From Sedimentisphaerales bacterium (GTDB lineage: Bacteria > Planctomycetota > Phycisphaerae > Sedimentisphaerales > SM23-30): DNA of 64,000 nucleotides. A program made the translations under genes and the position numbers. Where the stretch lies: positions 139,517-203,516 of the forward strand of contig CAXXFK010000007.1 of NCBI GenBank assembly GCA_963663965.2. Direction: 5' to 3'. Within the stretch, counting starts at the first letter, position 1. Each line of letters starts with the position of its first letter. The notes beneath the pieces are model-generated. The model made no database searches, had not been told where the DNA came from, and saw only the letters and a program-made list of their open reading frames with translations. This document shows positions 31,471 to 41,948 of the stretch, piece after piece.

Positions 31471-31499
31471 ATTATGGTCAAAAGAGGAGGCGATGTCAA
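31471..31499 (-). promoter_or_regulatory. Putative sigma70 promoter for the GG-less Ubl paralog (and probably recQ)
   Basis: TTGACA-N17-CATAAT on the minus strand. Confidence 0.6.
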
Positions 31500-31532
31500 A
31501 CTGTTGGTGTTATCTATTTGCATTTTATAGGG

Positions 31533-34500
31533 TTAAGGCTTTATTTGTTGGGTGATGGTTGGGTCGGTAATGCGGGTGTCGTCCGCCAGCAGCAGGGCTT
31601 TGCTGATGATAATGGAGAGCAGGCTGTCGCCTTCGAAGGGCAGGAAGAGTTTATCCTGGCCGGTCTGGCTTTTGACGGTGACGATACACAGATACTGATC
31701 GTTGGGCTCCATGAGGATATTGCCGCTGCCGAGGTGGATTTTGTAGGTACGCAGGTCGCCGCGCACGATGAGGAATTTGTCGCGGAATTCGCAGCGGTCG
31801 GCGATTTTGAGGCGGGGAATGAGGTTTTCGAGTACCTGTTTGCGGGTTTGGGCCGTTTCGCCCAGAGCGCCAAAGGAGATATCGTACCAGTAGTTGCGGT
31901 AGCGGCCGTCCGGGCCGCCGTCCTGCCATTGGGGATCGTTGCCGATGCTGGCGACACCGACAAACAGGTCGATATCGCGCATGACTTCGGAAAAGGGCCG
32001 GGCCGGGATGGATTCGAGCGGGATGGGGGCGACGGTGTGGACCTGGCCTCCTTCGCCCCAGCCGTGCCCGGTGGCCTGGGGGGCGTTAATCGGGAAAAAG
32101 CGGACCTGATCGGTGGCCAGGTAGGGATAGGTTTCGAAATAGCTGTCATCGTTTTCATCATTAACGCCATCGGTCCAGAACTCCGCGCGGAGGTTCCATT
32201 GGGGTAACATGATCGTTGCGGGCGGAAAGTCCTGATCGACGGCGAGTTTGAGGGTGTTTTTCCAGCCGCGGGCACCGCAGAGCGAATTGAACTGGTGCTG
32301 TTTGACGATATGGGCGGCATAACGATTGGAATAGATGGCGGTCTGGCGTTCGGCATCGGTCAGAATATAAATTTCGCGGTGGGCCTGTTTGAAGGGCTGT
32401 TGGATCTGGTGATCCTGTAAGCATTGCCGCCATTGCATTATAGTATCCGCTTCATGGCCGATGGGGTGCCAGAGCCGCACGGGGGTTGTATCGGGCAAGG
32501 TAGGGAGGGATTGGCCGGAACTGTCGACAAGTTTGCCATCCAGCCATATCGCACTGAGCCATTGGTTGTCCTGTTGGAATTCCCAGATCAATCGCCGGGC
32601 CAGAAAGCCGACCAGGGGGTGATCGAGGTAACGTTCGCGCCAGATCGATAGCGGCCAGGTTGTTTCGGTCAGATAGATGCTTTCGATGCGGGCTTTCTGG
32701 GCCGGCAGCATCTGCTGCATTTCTTTGGCAGCGGTTTTGAGTTCTTTGAGTTCATCCGGGAAATCGGATTTGACGGCGGCCGGGATGGATTTCTGGGTTT
32801 TGCCATCCGGCTTGAGCCAGGTTAATTCCGTTGTGTTGGTGCCGGTGATTTTGAGTTGAGCGGTGAAGTCGCCCAACGATTCTTCGAGCAGACCGACCTG
32901 TTCCATGCCATAGGCCGGCACGCTCATCTCTTCGAGTTCGGCGCGAGTAATGCCCTGTTGGGCGGCGGCTTCATTTAAGGCTTTGTCGATCAGTTTGAGC
33001 GCGGTACGGAAGCGAACTTTGGTATTGAGAATGGCCAGTTGGCGCAGACTTATATCATCGTTCATGGCGCCCAGCGCGTAGATGCAGGCGTTGCCGATTT
33101 TGACGGCGCGCGGGCCGATACCGGGAATTTTCTTATATGCGTCGATGGCCAGATTTCTCAGGGTTGTCGCCAGGTCACTGTTCTTGAACCGACTGCAACA
33201 CCAGATCAAACCCTTCAGGATGTCGCCGTTGCATTCGCTGAAACCGTAATCAACCGAAATATCATATTGAATAATCTCTATCATTCGGCTTTTATATTCC
33301 TGATTATCGCGGGCCGTGCTGCATCCACTACTGGCTCGTATTATCAAGGTTTTTCCGGGCGTCAGGTTCTTATCTTCCAGATTCATTTTCCGAATCTGGC
33401 CTTTAAAGTCGGCTACGTCAATCGATTCAATTATTTCAAACGCTTCCTGGCTTACGGTTGTCAGATATTGCTTCTGATGAGCCATTGTGGCCCAGTTCAG
33501 CCATTGAATGATGCGTGTAACAAAGTCACTTTCACCAATCTTTTGCAGGATTTCGTCGGTCTGTTTGAGCCATTTTTGAGAAGGCGAGCCAGTTTTAGTT
33601 GAAAGACAATGATCCAGTAAGGCGACCCAATTAGAAGCCCCTTTGTTTTTTATTATGGATAAATCGCGCATTACATTTTCTGACCAGGCGCTTCCTAATT
33701 CAATTGGCAAAGATTTGCAATTTAAGATTTCTTCCAGTATTTTCTTTATATTAATTTGGCTCTTATTCAGTACCACATTTTTCAATGGTTCCAGTATTGA
33801 AAGGAGGGCCTCCCTTACTACATCCGACATATTATTATTCTGATAAAATGCGACAATTTTTTTTAATAACCGCAATTCGATTTGTTTATCATGTGTTATG
33901 ATAGACTTTAAGTATAATTCATAATATTCAGAATCATATGGCAACTTCTTTTTTTCTAAAGATTCTATTAGGCAGTCTAATTCGCTATTGAATAAGCTAT
34001 ACCATTTTCGATAAACAATATGATTATCCCATTCTGCTTTTTCACCTATTGAAGCATTATTATACCACTGAGTAATTTGAACCAACCTAAAGTAATATGC
34101 CTTTAATATATTTAACCAATCAATCGGTGATGCCTTTAAAATTTTAATGATAGATTCAATTTTACACTCATCTTTATCGATTGAAAAGAATGTTTGCATA
34201 CAGCGCATGTCTGAATAAGTAGTTCGGAATTCTTCTGCAACATCTTTAAGAAAAGCGCATCCGCTTGCCAGATACCCCGATATTCCATTATTCCAGTATA
34301 TTGGATCAATTTGTTTCAGGTCAACAAGAAACATGCTGTCATATGTATTGTTAATTTCGTCTCTTTCGGGCATCTTGGCTTTGAAGCTTCCATCTAAAAA
34401 GCTTTCAATCAGTTTACAAAATCGCTTTAACTCGGGGTTTTGGGGATCTTGTTCATTAATTGCAAATATCACCGCTTCAAGCGATGCTTGAATAGTTTGT

Positions 34501-35036
34501 GGCAAGTCGTTTTCCATAAGAAAGCGTGATAATGATTTAAGAAGACCATGTATTGGAACAGACGCCATTTTTCCCCAATATGCTGTAATAGGGGGATAAT
34601 GGGAAAAGTTGGTTGGTCTTGATTTCGTAGATAAGCCAAGAAGATATTCGTAATCGTCAACCTGAAATGATATTTCGCGAGTAAAAATAAACTGCAATAG
34701 TATCTGAAAGAAACCGCACCAAGAAAATGCCAGAGTACCGTGTTTTAAAGGCCAGCCTTCCTGGTTCAGTCTTTCAACCAGCGCAAGTGCTACACTTGCT
34801 AGTTCGTCGGGCGGCATTTTTACGATAGTATCTCTGGCAGAATAATCATCAAGAACAAAATCGAAAGCTCCTTTAATCGGGCCGTTTTCCAGATAATGAT
34901 TATACGCCTCCAAGGTTAATTCATCCAGAACTTGATGACCTGCTAAAGAACGAGAAGTATAATAATAATAAACAGTATCAAGTTTAATATCAGGCCGGTT
35001 CCCTCGAATCGTTTTCATCTCAATATCGTTTTGCAT
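31533..35036 (-). CDS. DUF4132-domain protein (1167 aa)
   Basis: The C-terminal half has motifs I recognise from this family: WRERYLDHPLVG.LARRLIW, RLWHP, QPFKQAHREIY, FSEVMRDIDLFVGVASIGNDP, YKIHLGSGNILMEPNDQYLCIV. The N-terminal half is unrecognised and AT-rich. Confidence 0.85.
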   Translation of the reverse strand: MQNDIEMKTIRGNRPDIKLDTVYYYYTSRSLAGHQVLDELTLEAYNHYLENGPIKGAFDFVLDDYSARDTIVKMPPDELASVALALVERLNQEGWPLKHGTLAFSWCGFFQILLQFIFTREISFQVDDYEYLLGLSTKSRPTNFSHYPPITAYWGKMASVPIHGLLKSLSRFLMENDLPQTIQASLEAVIFAINEQDPQNPELKRFCKLIESFLDGSFKAKMPERDEINNTYDSMFLVDLKQIDPIYWNNGISGYLASGCAFLKDVAEEFRTTYSDMRCMQTFFSIDKDECKIESIIKILKASPIDWLNILKAYYFRLVQITQWYNNASIGEKAEWDNHIVYRKWYSLFNSELDCLIESLEKKKLPYDSEYYELYLKSIITHDKQIELRLLKKIVAFYQNNNMSDVVREALLSILEPLKNVVLNKSQINIKKILEEILNCKSLPIELGSAWSENVMRDLSIIKNKGASNWVALLDHCLSTKTGSPSQKWLKQTDEILQKIGESDFVTRIIQWLNWATMAHQKQYLTTVSQEAFEIIESIDVADFKGQIRKMNLEDKNLTPGKTLIIRASSGCSTARDNQEYKSRMIEIIQYDISVDYGFSECNGDILKGLIWCCSRFKNSDLATTLRNLAIDAYKKIPGIGPRAVKIGNACIYALGAMNDDISLRQLAILNTKVRFRTALKLIDKALNEAAAQQGITRAELEEMSVPAYGMEQVGLLEESLGDFTAQLKITGTNTTELTWLKPDGKTQKSIPAAVKSDFPDELKELKTAAKEMQQMLPAQKARIESIYLTETTWPLSIWRERYLDHPLVGFLARRLIWEFQQDNQWLSAIWLDGKLVDSSGQSLPTLPDTTPVRLWHPIGHEADTIMQWRQCLQDHQIQQPFKQAHREIYILTDAERQTAIYSNRYAAHIVKQHQFNSLCGARGWKNTLKLAVDQDFPPATIMLPQWNLRAEFWTDGVNDENDDSYFETYPYLATDQVRFFPINAPQATGHGWGEGGQVHTVAPIPLESIPARPFSEVMRDIDLFVGVASIGNDPQWQDGGPDGRYRNYWYDISFGALGETAQTRKQVLENLIPRLKIADRCEFRDKFLIVRGDLRTYKIHLGSGNILMEPNDQYLCIVTVKSQTGQDKLFLPFEGDSLLSIIISKALLLADDTRITDPTITQQIKP

Positions 35037-35101
35037 ATAGTCATTTTCCTCAAATCCAGATTATATTCGGGGTATCATATTAATGATATTTCTTCATATT
35101 C

Positions 35102-35500
35102 TTATCCCCCAACCAGCGGCACCAGTCGAATAAAGCTGACCTGGGTATCGGGGCGGAGCTGGATGCGTTCATCGAGTGTGTCGGGCTGGCGGGCGTCGAT
35201 GAGGATGAAGAAGCGGTTGTTGAGGAAGCCGTCGATGGCTTTTTCGAATTCGGCTTGCCAGTCGATTTCTTTCCGGTGGGATTTGCGGGGCGGGTTGAGT
35301 TGCTGTTCCAGGTGGGCCTGGGGGACAGGACCGTTGGCGGCGGGCTTTTCGGTTCGGAGTTTAAGGTTATGATCCTGCACTTCCTGATAGACCCGTTCGC
35401 GAATGAGTTCGCGGACGGTGATTTCTTCGGTGAGGAACTCAAGGACCATTTCATTGGTGATCTGGCCGGTGGCAGTTTCATCACGAACAGTAATCTGCAT
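35102..35500 (-). CDS. Ubiquitin-like small protein with C-terminal Gly-Gly
   Basis: 132 aa ending ...DTQVSFIRLVPLVGG*, resembling MoaD/ThiS/Ub C-termini; strong RBS AGGAGG; directly upstream of the DUF4132 gene. Confidence 0.8.
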   Translation of the reverse strand: MQITVRDETATGQITNEMVLEFLTEEITVRELIRERVYQEVQDHNLKLRTEKPAANGPVPQAHLEQQLNPPRKSHRKEIDWQAEFEKAIDGFLNNRFFILIDARQPDTLDERIQLRPDTQVSFIRLVPLVGG

Positions 35501-35523
35501 TGTCGTACCTCCTGTTGATCTTC

Positions 35524-37863
35524 TTAATCTTCGGTAATTCGGGTGGTTTTTCCTGGCTGAGCGAGTTTCAGGTTGATTTTGCCGGTGTCGATCGTTGGCA
35601 GGGTAGCGGTTAAGGTGGTGTTGTTGGGTAATCTGGCTTCTAGTGTAAAACTGCCGGATTGGCGGGTGAGTTGAGTTTCGACTGGGATTGGTTGATCACC
35701 TTTGCCGATCCGGTATACTGTGATGAATTCCATTTGTTTATTTTTCTGCGGGGTGGAAGCTGTGAGGTGCCATTCGCGCAGGGTGACGCGTGGGCGCGGG
35801 TTGGGATCGTACTGATCGGTCTGGGCAAAGGTCAGGCCGGCGGGGTAAAGGAAGTCGATATCACAGCGAATCTCGTCGTTGCGGACGATAATCTGGTGCT
35901 GATCGATGATATCCATTTTGTTGATGGCGTGGAGCCAGTATTGATATTCGGAAGGTTCGCGGGCGCGGAGCCGATCGTAGACGATCATGAGGTCGGGTTT
36001 GACGAAGATAATGGCGCGGCGGAACTGATCGAGCGGAGTGAGGTAGGCGCTGCCGGCTTCGCCGATCACCAGATCCATTGCGGGCGTGGTCTGGAAAAAT
36101 TCGATATTGCCCTGGGCCTTGCTGGTTCTGAAGCCCTGGCCTTTGCCATTAACGGTGATATTATTGACGGAACGGGTGGACCACATCCATTTGCTGTGAT
36201 GTTCGCTGCCGTAGCTGTCGCGTTTACCGGAGCGAATAAGCAACCGCTTGCCGTAGGCGGAGAGCAGGAAGGAGTTGTTGGCTTCGTAGCCGTGGCTCTG
36301 GGTACCGAAGGGACTGGATTTGAAGGCGATTTGAGTTCCAGTCTGGGCGTCAAAGATCTGGGAATTGAGATAGGCCTGGCCAATCCCGGCGAACAGGCGC
36401 GACGTGGGCAGGTCAGTTGGCGCAGCGGCTCGAACGGCAGGCAACGCGCCGCGGATAAAGCCGATATAGCCGCCGGTTTCGACAGGGCCGCCGTTCTGGT
36501 CCACCCACCATTGCCAGTTGGAATTGCCGGCCTGGGTGGTAAAAATAGTCATGATTTCACGGAAGCTACGGGAGGTTTTGTCGGCACAGAGATCGCCAAA
36601 TCCTCCGCCAATTTTACCGGGGGGCATGAGATAGAGCATGTAGTAGCCAACCTGGGAATAGTAAGGTTTGTCAAACGCATCGATTCCCATGGCTTCACGC
36701 ATCACATCAGCCCACCAGGTAAAACGGGCCTGGTAGCTGGACCAATAGGATGAGCCTTCATGCCAGCCGCCATCATCATCACACCAGACAGGGTAGGTGT
36801 TATAGAAGACATTCATGGCGAACCAGAGCCAGTCTTCGGCGCCTTCGATCTCACCCATGAAGGCGATGGCCACTTCGCCAAGAAAATGCCAGGCGCGGTT
36901 GGAGTGGCTGGAGTAGGGTTGCCAGAGGTGGCTAGGGCAGAGAAATCGGTACATCTCTTCGCCGCGAATTTTCATGACCTGGCGACAAATGGCCTTTTCT
37001 TCATCAGAGAGCAGGTCATTAACGAATGAATAGGTGCGGGAGAAATAATAATTATAAGGCATGCCGGCTTCGTCGTTATAGCGGTAACCAGTGCTGCCCT
37101 TGGGATCCCATTTGGCACATTCCATCAAAATCCGCCGGGCTTCCTGGCCGTATTTTTCGGGACCACCCAACAGGCGAGTGAAGGCCAGGGTTGCGGCGCT
37201 GTCGAGCGCTTTGATGGTATAGGTACGGTTGCCCCACCAGATTTCGCGCCAGGGATCGCTGTTGCGAACGATGTCTTTGGGGTACAGGGGCGGCTCAGTA
37301 GTGTCGGGTGGATTTTTGAGGAGATTGTCGCAGGTTCTGATCAGTTTGTCATATTGGGGTTTAAGGGAGCCCTGGGCCAGGGTACGGAGTTTGTTGAGGT
37401 TTTCCGGTCGAAGGAAGAGGCGCGGGTGACCGGTGGGGATACGTCTGAGTAACTCCGCACGGGGGGGCATGGGCATGGCAACGGAATCTGGTGTAATGGT
37501 GAACGATCGAATCTGGCTCCAGTCGGAGGCGGCGCTGTTTTTGTCAACGGCCCGGTAGCGCCAATAGTAGCGGCCGGGATTGAAGGTTTGGGTCGGGCAA
37601 TGGACATTGAACTCAAGTTGGGTGGCAGAATAAATTGCCGGCTGAAAATTAGTGTTGGGGCTGATTTGCAGTTCCCAGGTGACGTTTTTCTGTGGGCGCC
37701 AGGAGAATGATGGGGGATTGACTGCTGAAGTAGTCTGGTCAGCCGGCCGATAACCCCACTGGCCGGGTTGGGACGGGGATTGATCGAGGGTGAGGGCGAA
37801 GGTCAATTGGACCAGCGATAAACTAATTAGCGCGATATTAAGCAGTTGACGGATACCAGACAT
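35524..37863 (-). CDS. Secreted DUF4962 / heparinase II/III-like polysaccharide lyase
   Basis: Signal peptide; NPPSFSW, HPRLF, SSHSNR, DGGWHEGSSYW, FGD, SHG...NSF. Confidence 0.82.
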   Translation of the reverse strand: MSGIRQLLNIALISLSLVQLTFALTLDQSPSQPGQWGYRPADQTTSAVNPPSFSWRPQKNVTWELQISPNTNFQPAIYSATQLEFNVHCPTQTFNPGRYYWRYRAVDKNSAASDWSQIRSFTITPDSVAMPMPPRAELLRRIPTGHPRLFLRPENLNKLRTLAQGSLKPQYDKLIRTCDNLLKNPPDTTEPPLYPKDIVRNSDPWREIWWGNRTYTIKALDSAATLAFTRLLGGPEKYGQEARRILMECAKWDPKGSTGYRYNDEAGMPYNYYFSRTYSFVNDLLSDEEKAICRQVMKIRGEEMYRFLCPSHLWQPYSSHSNRAWHFLGEVAIAFMGEIEGAEDWLWFAMNVFYNTYPVWCDDDGGWHEGSSYWSSYQARFTWWADVMREAMGIDAFDKPYYSQVGYYMLYLMPPGKIGGGFGDLCADKTSRSFREIMTIFTTQAGNSNWQWWVDQNGGPVETGGYIGFIRGALPAVRAAAPTDLPTSRLFAGIGQAYLNSQIFDAQTGTQIAFKSSPFGTQSHGYEANNSFLLSAYGKRLLIRSGKRDSYGSEHHSKWMWSTRSVNNITVNGKGQGFRTSKAQGNIEFFQTTPAMDLVIGEAGSAYLTPLDQFRRAIIFVKPDLMIVYDRLRAREPSEYQYWLHAINKMDIIDQHQIIVRNDEIRCDIDFLYPAGLTFAQTDQYDPNPRPRVTLREWHLTASTPQKNKQMEFITVYRIGKGDQPIPVETQLTRQSGSFTLEARLPNNTTLTATLPTIDTGKINLKLAQPGKTTRITED

Positions 37864-37936
37864 AATAAACTCCTGAGTTCGTTGTAAGTTGTTGACAGGG
37901 AATTAATTCATGTTGGTAAACGGAAAATCGAGCAGG

Positions 37937-40900
37937 TTATTTCAATGAATAGTCCAGGGTTTTGATCGTGACGGGCCCGATCAGGCCGGAGGGCAGCAGG
38001 GGGCTGTCGGGTGAATAGGTATTATAGGTGGTCCGGGTGATTCGCTGTTCTTCGGGCAGGGCTTTATCCCGGATCAGACGGTTGGGCCAGAGGTTGGCGA
38101 CTTCGATTTCGAGATGATTGCGGCCGGGTTTGAGGGCGGAGGTGATATCAACGCGCCAGGGGTGGCACCAGAGGACGCCGAGGTCGTGGCCGTTGAGGGT
38201 AACGCGGGCGAGATTATGGACAACGCCCAGATCGAGCGCCAATTGGGTATTGCCGGGAGCCGGGTTGGTCAGTTCAAATTCTTTTGAATAGGTGGCACGG
38301 CCGGAATAATAGCGGATGTCGGGATCGGGGTGTTGGGTCCAGTCTTGCAGGGTAGTGAATGTTACCGGCTGATCAGGGCCGCCGTATTGAGGGTTATAGG
38401 CAACCTGCCAGGGGCCGGAGATCGATTGTAGGGTGGCGATATTGGGAAAGTCGGCCTTGTTTGATGGTGGTGGTGAATTCGCAGTATTTTTTGAGAATAC
38501 AATAAAGAAGCTTTGATAGGGTTCAAAGTGGATTGGGATCGTTGTAATTGCGCCGTTGGTTTTGAACTGGTGGAGTGTACGTATTGCACCAGTGAGTGGA
38601 TTCCACAATTCGGGTTGGCGTCCGGCGACGCGGAACTGACAAGAGGCAGTGATTGATTTGTCGGTTTTATTGGCGATGAAATAGAGATCTCGTTCTGCTG
38701 TGCGCCGATGGGTATAACGGACGGGGGCGCCTGCCTGGAAATCGGGAACGATATTTTTATCGGCCAGGATGCGCGCGGTAATGTCATAATCGGGATAGAG
38801 CGGGGGTAGTTGCGGGCCGGGGGGCGTCAGGTTCCAGGGGGCCATGGCAAAGGGGCCCAGATCGAGAGCGGCCTGCCATGAATTGTTGTCGGGTCTGGTT
38901 TGCCATTGCGGAGCGACCGATTTCGTCGAGAGCCAATTGGCGTCGGTTACAATGGTGAGAGGTTCTCCTTCGGCGTAATCAACCTGAATGGCGGCGATCA
39001 GGCCGGCGGGATTGGGAGAGTCGCCCTCATTGGTGGCGGCGACCGCCAGGATATTGTTGCCGGGTTTCAACATCGATTGGATGTTGATGGTTTTGATGTC
39101 GTTAAAGTTGTCTCCGCTGCCGGCGGATTGCCCGTTGATCCAGAGTTCGAAGGTGTTATCCGCAGTGATATAGGCGCGCGCTGAACGAACCGGGCGGCTG
39201 GGATCGATGTTCACCGGTCGACAGAAATACCAGGTGTCCGGCTCGATGGATTGAATGGGATTGCCTTTGGGGTACCAGATCCAGCGAGCGGATTTTAATA
39301 GTTCATACGATTGTGTTAATACGTTATCTGGATATAATGTATCAAAATAGATTATATTCTGTTTACCTTCGGTGTAAGATGCCGATGATGGGCTTTCGCC
39401 CCAGAGCGATCGGGCCAGGTCGCGCACCTGGTTATCGCATTGTGGATAATCAGAAAGACTGGGTGACCGGTCGGGGGGCGGGCCGATGACAGTGGCGCCG
39501 GCTTTGACCAGGCGGGCGATCTGGCGCAGCAAGGCCGGGCGCATGGTCTGGCAATTGGGCAGAACCAGAACGGCGTATTCAACACCTCCGGGAACGACCA
39601 GTTTGCCCTCGCGTACAATAGAATTCATGAGGGTATCCGGAGTGCAGCCATCAAAGTTGTAACCTTTGCGATCAGGGATAGCGTCCAGCCCGTCGAGGGC
39701 GGAGGCGGGCGGCCGAAAGACGTGGGGTGCCCCTTCGGGAATCAGGTAGCAGATATCGGCAACCGTATGGCCCTGGCGCAACAGGTATTGGCAGCGGGAC
39801 AGGTAGCTGTGGTAGGCACCGGCCATGGGCCACCAGGTCTGGGTGCGGTCCCAGTGAACGCCATAGGGGCCCATAGTCATACCGGGTTGATCCGTCAGGG
39901 ATGGTTTATGGGCGAAGGTATGAAAGACGAAACGGTTGATGCCGGCGCAAAAAGCCCAGTCGCCCTGGTTTTTCATGGAGCCGGGGTGCTGGCGCCAATA
40001 TTCACCGGGATTGGCAGTAAACGCTTCGGCGGCGACCACGGGCCGGCCGAGAGTGTGGGCGATGGAGGCGGCTTCGAAACAACTGAAGGCGGCGTTAAAG
40101 CCATACCCTTTAGACCAGAATTCACACATGGGAACATCGGCCACAGAGCCCAGAACCAGGTCGGAGGTTGGGTTCATATCGTAGGGTTCGATAGAGAGCC
40201 CGAAACCATTTTGGTGAGCGAGTGTTTTGAGATGTTGGGCGTGATTTTCGATGACGAGTTCCTGGGCGGTGAACCGCAGATCCCAAAGGAATCTTTCGGA
40301 AATAGCAGGGCTTTGTATAATGCGGCCGGTAAGAATGGGTAGCCAGGGTAATGGATCGTATCCGCGTCGACTCTGGAATTCCTGGCGGAATTTTCCGGAC
40401 CAGTTTTGCGCGCCCATTTCCCAACTGTCGATATGGAGCATGGTCCAGCCACTTTGATTGGTTGAGGGGGGCTGGTTGATGGCTTTAAGCAATTGGCCGA
40501 TGAAATGATCAAAATGATAATTTAAAGCGTCAGTATCAAATTTGTCGCATTCGAAACCGAGTCCGGGCTGAGGCGCCGGGCGGGTATTGGCGCCGGTGTC
40601 GCGTCGACCGAAACGCAAAATGGTCCATTGGCCGGGCGGGGCCTGCCAAGTCAGGTGGCCATCAGGTTGCATTTTGCCGGTAAGATCGATAATTTGCGTG
40701 GGATCAATGGTTGCAGCTGGATCAGAAGCCGTTTCGGGGGGCGGTTCGGGCAGGTATGCTTTGACACGGGGCGCCGAGGTATAGGGATCACGTTTGTAAA
40801 GTGCTTTTTCATCGATATCAGACAGGCGGGTGTCATTGACAGTAGGAATGGCCAGCACGGCGACATCCTGATAATAATCCTGACGAGCCTGGAGCATTTG

Positions 40901-41398
40901 ACTGGACAAGCCGCCATTGCCGAAATAGGGTGGTCTGGGTTGCGGTGTGGGCAACTGGCCGTCAAACCGGGCAGGGCCGGTAATTTTAACTTCAGAGGCA
41001 ACCAGATGCTGCATGGATCGGGCCGGATCAATCCAGGGGCCGCCACTGCCAGTCCAACCGGGGCCTGCGTTTAACGTGATGGCGATACCCAGTCGTTTGG
41101 CTTCCTCGACGGCGTGTTTGAACAGCGCCTGCCAGGGTGGGCTCATGAATTCAACCGGGCCGCGTGGTACGCCGACATTAACTTCCAAAAAAATTAAATT
41201 ACCGATACCGGCCTGTTGCATGGCTTCGAGGTCGGCGGTCATGCCCTCACGCGTGAGGTTGCCATCCATAAAATACCAGTAAACTCCGGGCCGAGCCTCG
41301 TCGGGAGGATTGCGAAAATTTGCTTCGAGCGACGAGGCATGACTTATGCCGAAATTAAATACCAGGGCAAGAATGATCCAAAACCGATGTCGTGTCAT
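37937..41398 (-). CDS. Secreted GH106 alpha-L-rhamnosidase-like glycosidase
   Basis: FRNPP..ARP..YWYFMDGN, GPGWTGSGGPWI, HIDSWE, VPMCEFW, VAAEAFT, GINRFVFH, C-terminal beta-sandwich. Confidence 0.88.
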   Translation of the reverse strand: MTRHRFWIILALVFNFGISHASSLEANFRNPPDEARPGVYWYFMDGNLTREGMTADLEAMQQAGIGNLIFLEVNVGVPRGPVEFMSPPWQALFKHAVEEAKRLGIAITLNAGPGWTGSGGPWIDPARSMQHLVASEVKITGPARFDGQLPTPQPRPPYFGNGGLSSQMLQARQDYYQDVAVLAIPTVNDTRLSDIDEKALYKRDPYTSAPRVKAYLPEPPPETASDPAATIDPTQIIDLTGKMQPDGHLTWQAPPGQWTILRFGRRDTGANTRPAPQPGLGFECDKFDTDALNYHFDHFIGQLLKAINQPPSTNQSGWTMLHIDSWEMGAQNWSGKFRQEFQSRRGYDPLPWLPILTGRIIQSPAISERFLWDLRFTAQELVIENHAQHLKTLAHQNGFGLSIEPYDMNPTSDLVLGSVADVPMCEFWSKGYGFNAAFSCFEAASIAHTLGRPVVAAEAFTANPGEYWRQHPGSMKNQGDWAFCAGINRFVFHTFAHKPSLTDQPGMTMGPYGVHWDRTQTWWPMAGAYHSYLSRCQYLLRQGHTVADICYLIPEGAPHVFRPPASALDGLDAIPDRKGYNFDGCTPDTLMNSIVREGKLVVPGGVEYAVLVLPNCQTMRPALLRQIARLVKAGATVIGPPPDRSPSLSDYPQCDNQVRDLARSLWGESPSSASYTEGKQNIIYFDTLYPDNVLTQSYELLKSARWIWYPKGNPIQSIEPDTWYFCRPVNIDPSRPVRSARAYITADNTFELWINGQSAGSGDNFNDIKTINIQSMLKPGNNILAVAATNEGDSPNPAGLIAAIQVDYAEGEPLTIVTDANWLSTKSVAPQWQTRPDNNSWQAALDLGPFAMAPWNLTPPGPQLPPLYPDYDITARILADKNIVPDFQAGAPVRYTHRRTAERDLYFIANKTDKSITASCQFRVAGRQPELWNPLTGAIRTLHQFKTNGAITTIPIHFEPYQSFFIVFSKNTANSPPPSNKADFPNIATLQSISGPWQVAYNPQYGGPDQPVTFTTLQDWTQHPDPDIRYYSGRATYSKEFELTNPAPGNTQLALDLGVVHNLARVTLNGHDLGVLWCHPWRVDITSALKPGRNHLEIEVANLWPNRLIRDKALPEEQRITRTTYNTYSPDSPLLPSGLIGPVTIKTLDYSLK

Positions 41399-41459
41399 AA
41401 CGTTTACTCCCTGAAAATGTTATGAAATTGTCGTGTCTGACCGGTCTGGGGTGGAAAAT

Positions 41460-41942
41460 TTACCGCCTGCGAATTTCCCGTTTGATATCCCGTTCGGTCT
41501 GTTGTTTTTTCATTTTATCACGTTTATCGTATTGGGCCTTGCCCTGGGCCAGGGCGATTTCGACTTTGGCGTAACCGTTTTTAAAATAGATTGCCACGGG
41601 GACCAAGGTAAGACCCTTTTGGGCCAGTTTCATTTCGATTTTGCGGAGTTCGCTTTTGTGAACGAGCAGTTTGCGGGGTCGTTTGGGTTCGTGGTTTTGT
41701 ATGTTGCCGTGTTCATAAGGTGAGATATTGCAACCCAATAGAAACAGTTCGCCGGACCGGATGCGGCAATAGGCCTCATCCATGGTGACTTTGCTCTGGC
41801 GCAGACTTTTGACCTCGGTGCCTTCCAATACCAGTCCGGCCTCGAGTTTTTCGAGGAAATGGTAGTTGAAGGAGGCTTTTTTGTTTTTGATGCGCGGGCT
41901 GAAGGGCGAGCCGGGTTCATTGGCTTTTTTCTTTTTACTCAT
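41460..41942 (-). CDS. smpB: SsrA-binding protein SmpB
   Basis: NKKASFNY, EAGLVLEGTEVKSLR, RKLLVHKSE, GKAQYDKR. Confidence 0.98.
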   Translation of the reverse strand: MSKKKKANEPGSPFSPRIKNKKASFNYHFLEKLEAGLVLEGTEVKSLRQSKVTMDEAYCRIRSGELFLLGCNISPYEHGNIQNHEPKRPRKLLVHKSELRKIEMKLAQKGLTLVPVAIYFKNGYAKVEIALAQGKAQYDKRDKMKKQQTERDIKREIRRR

Positions 41943-41948
41943 GAAACC

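Noticed and set aside
35659..36753. 364-aa plus-strand ORF (and similar ones at 20097, 27504, 31518, 61560)
   Set aside because: Antisense shadows of well-supported genes.
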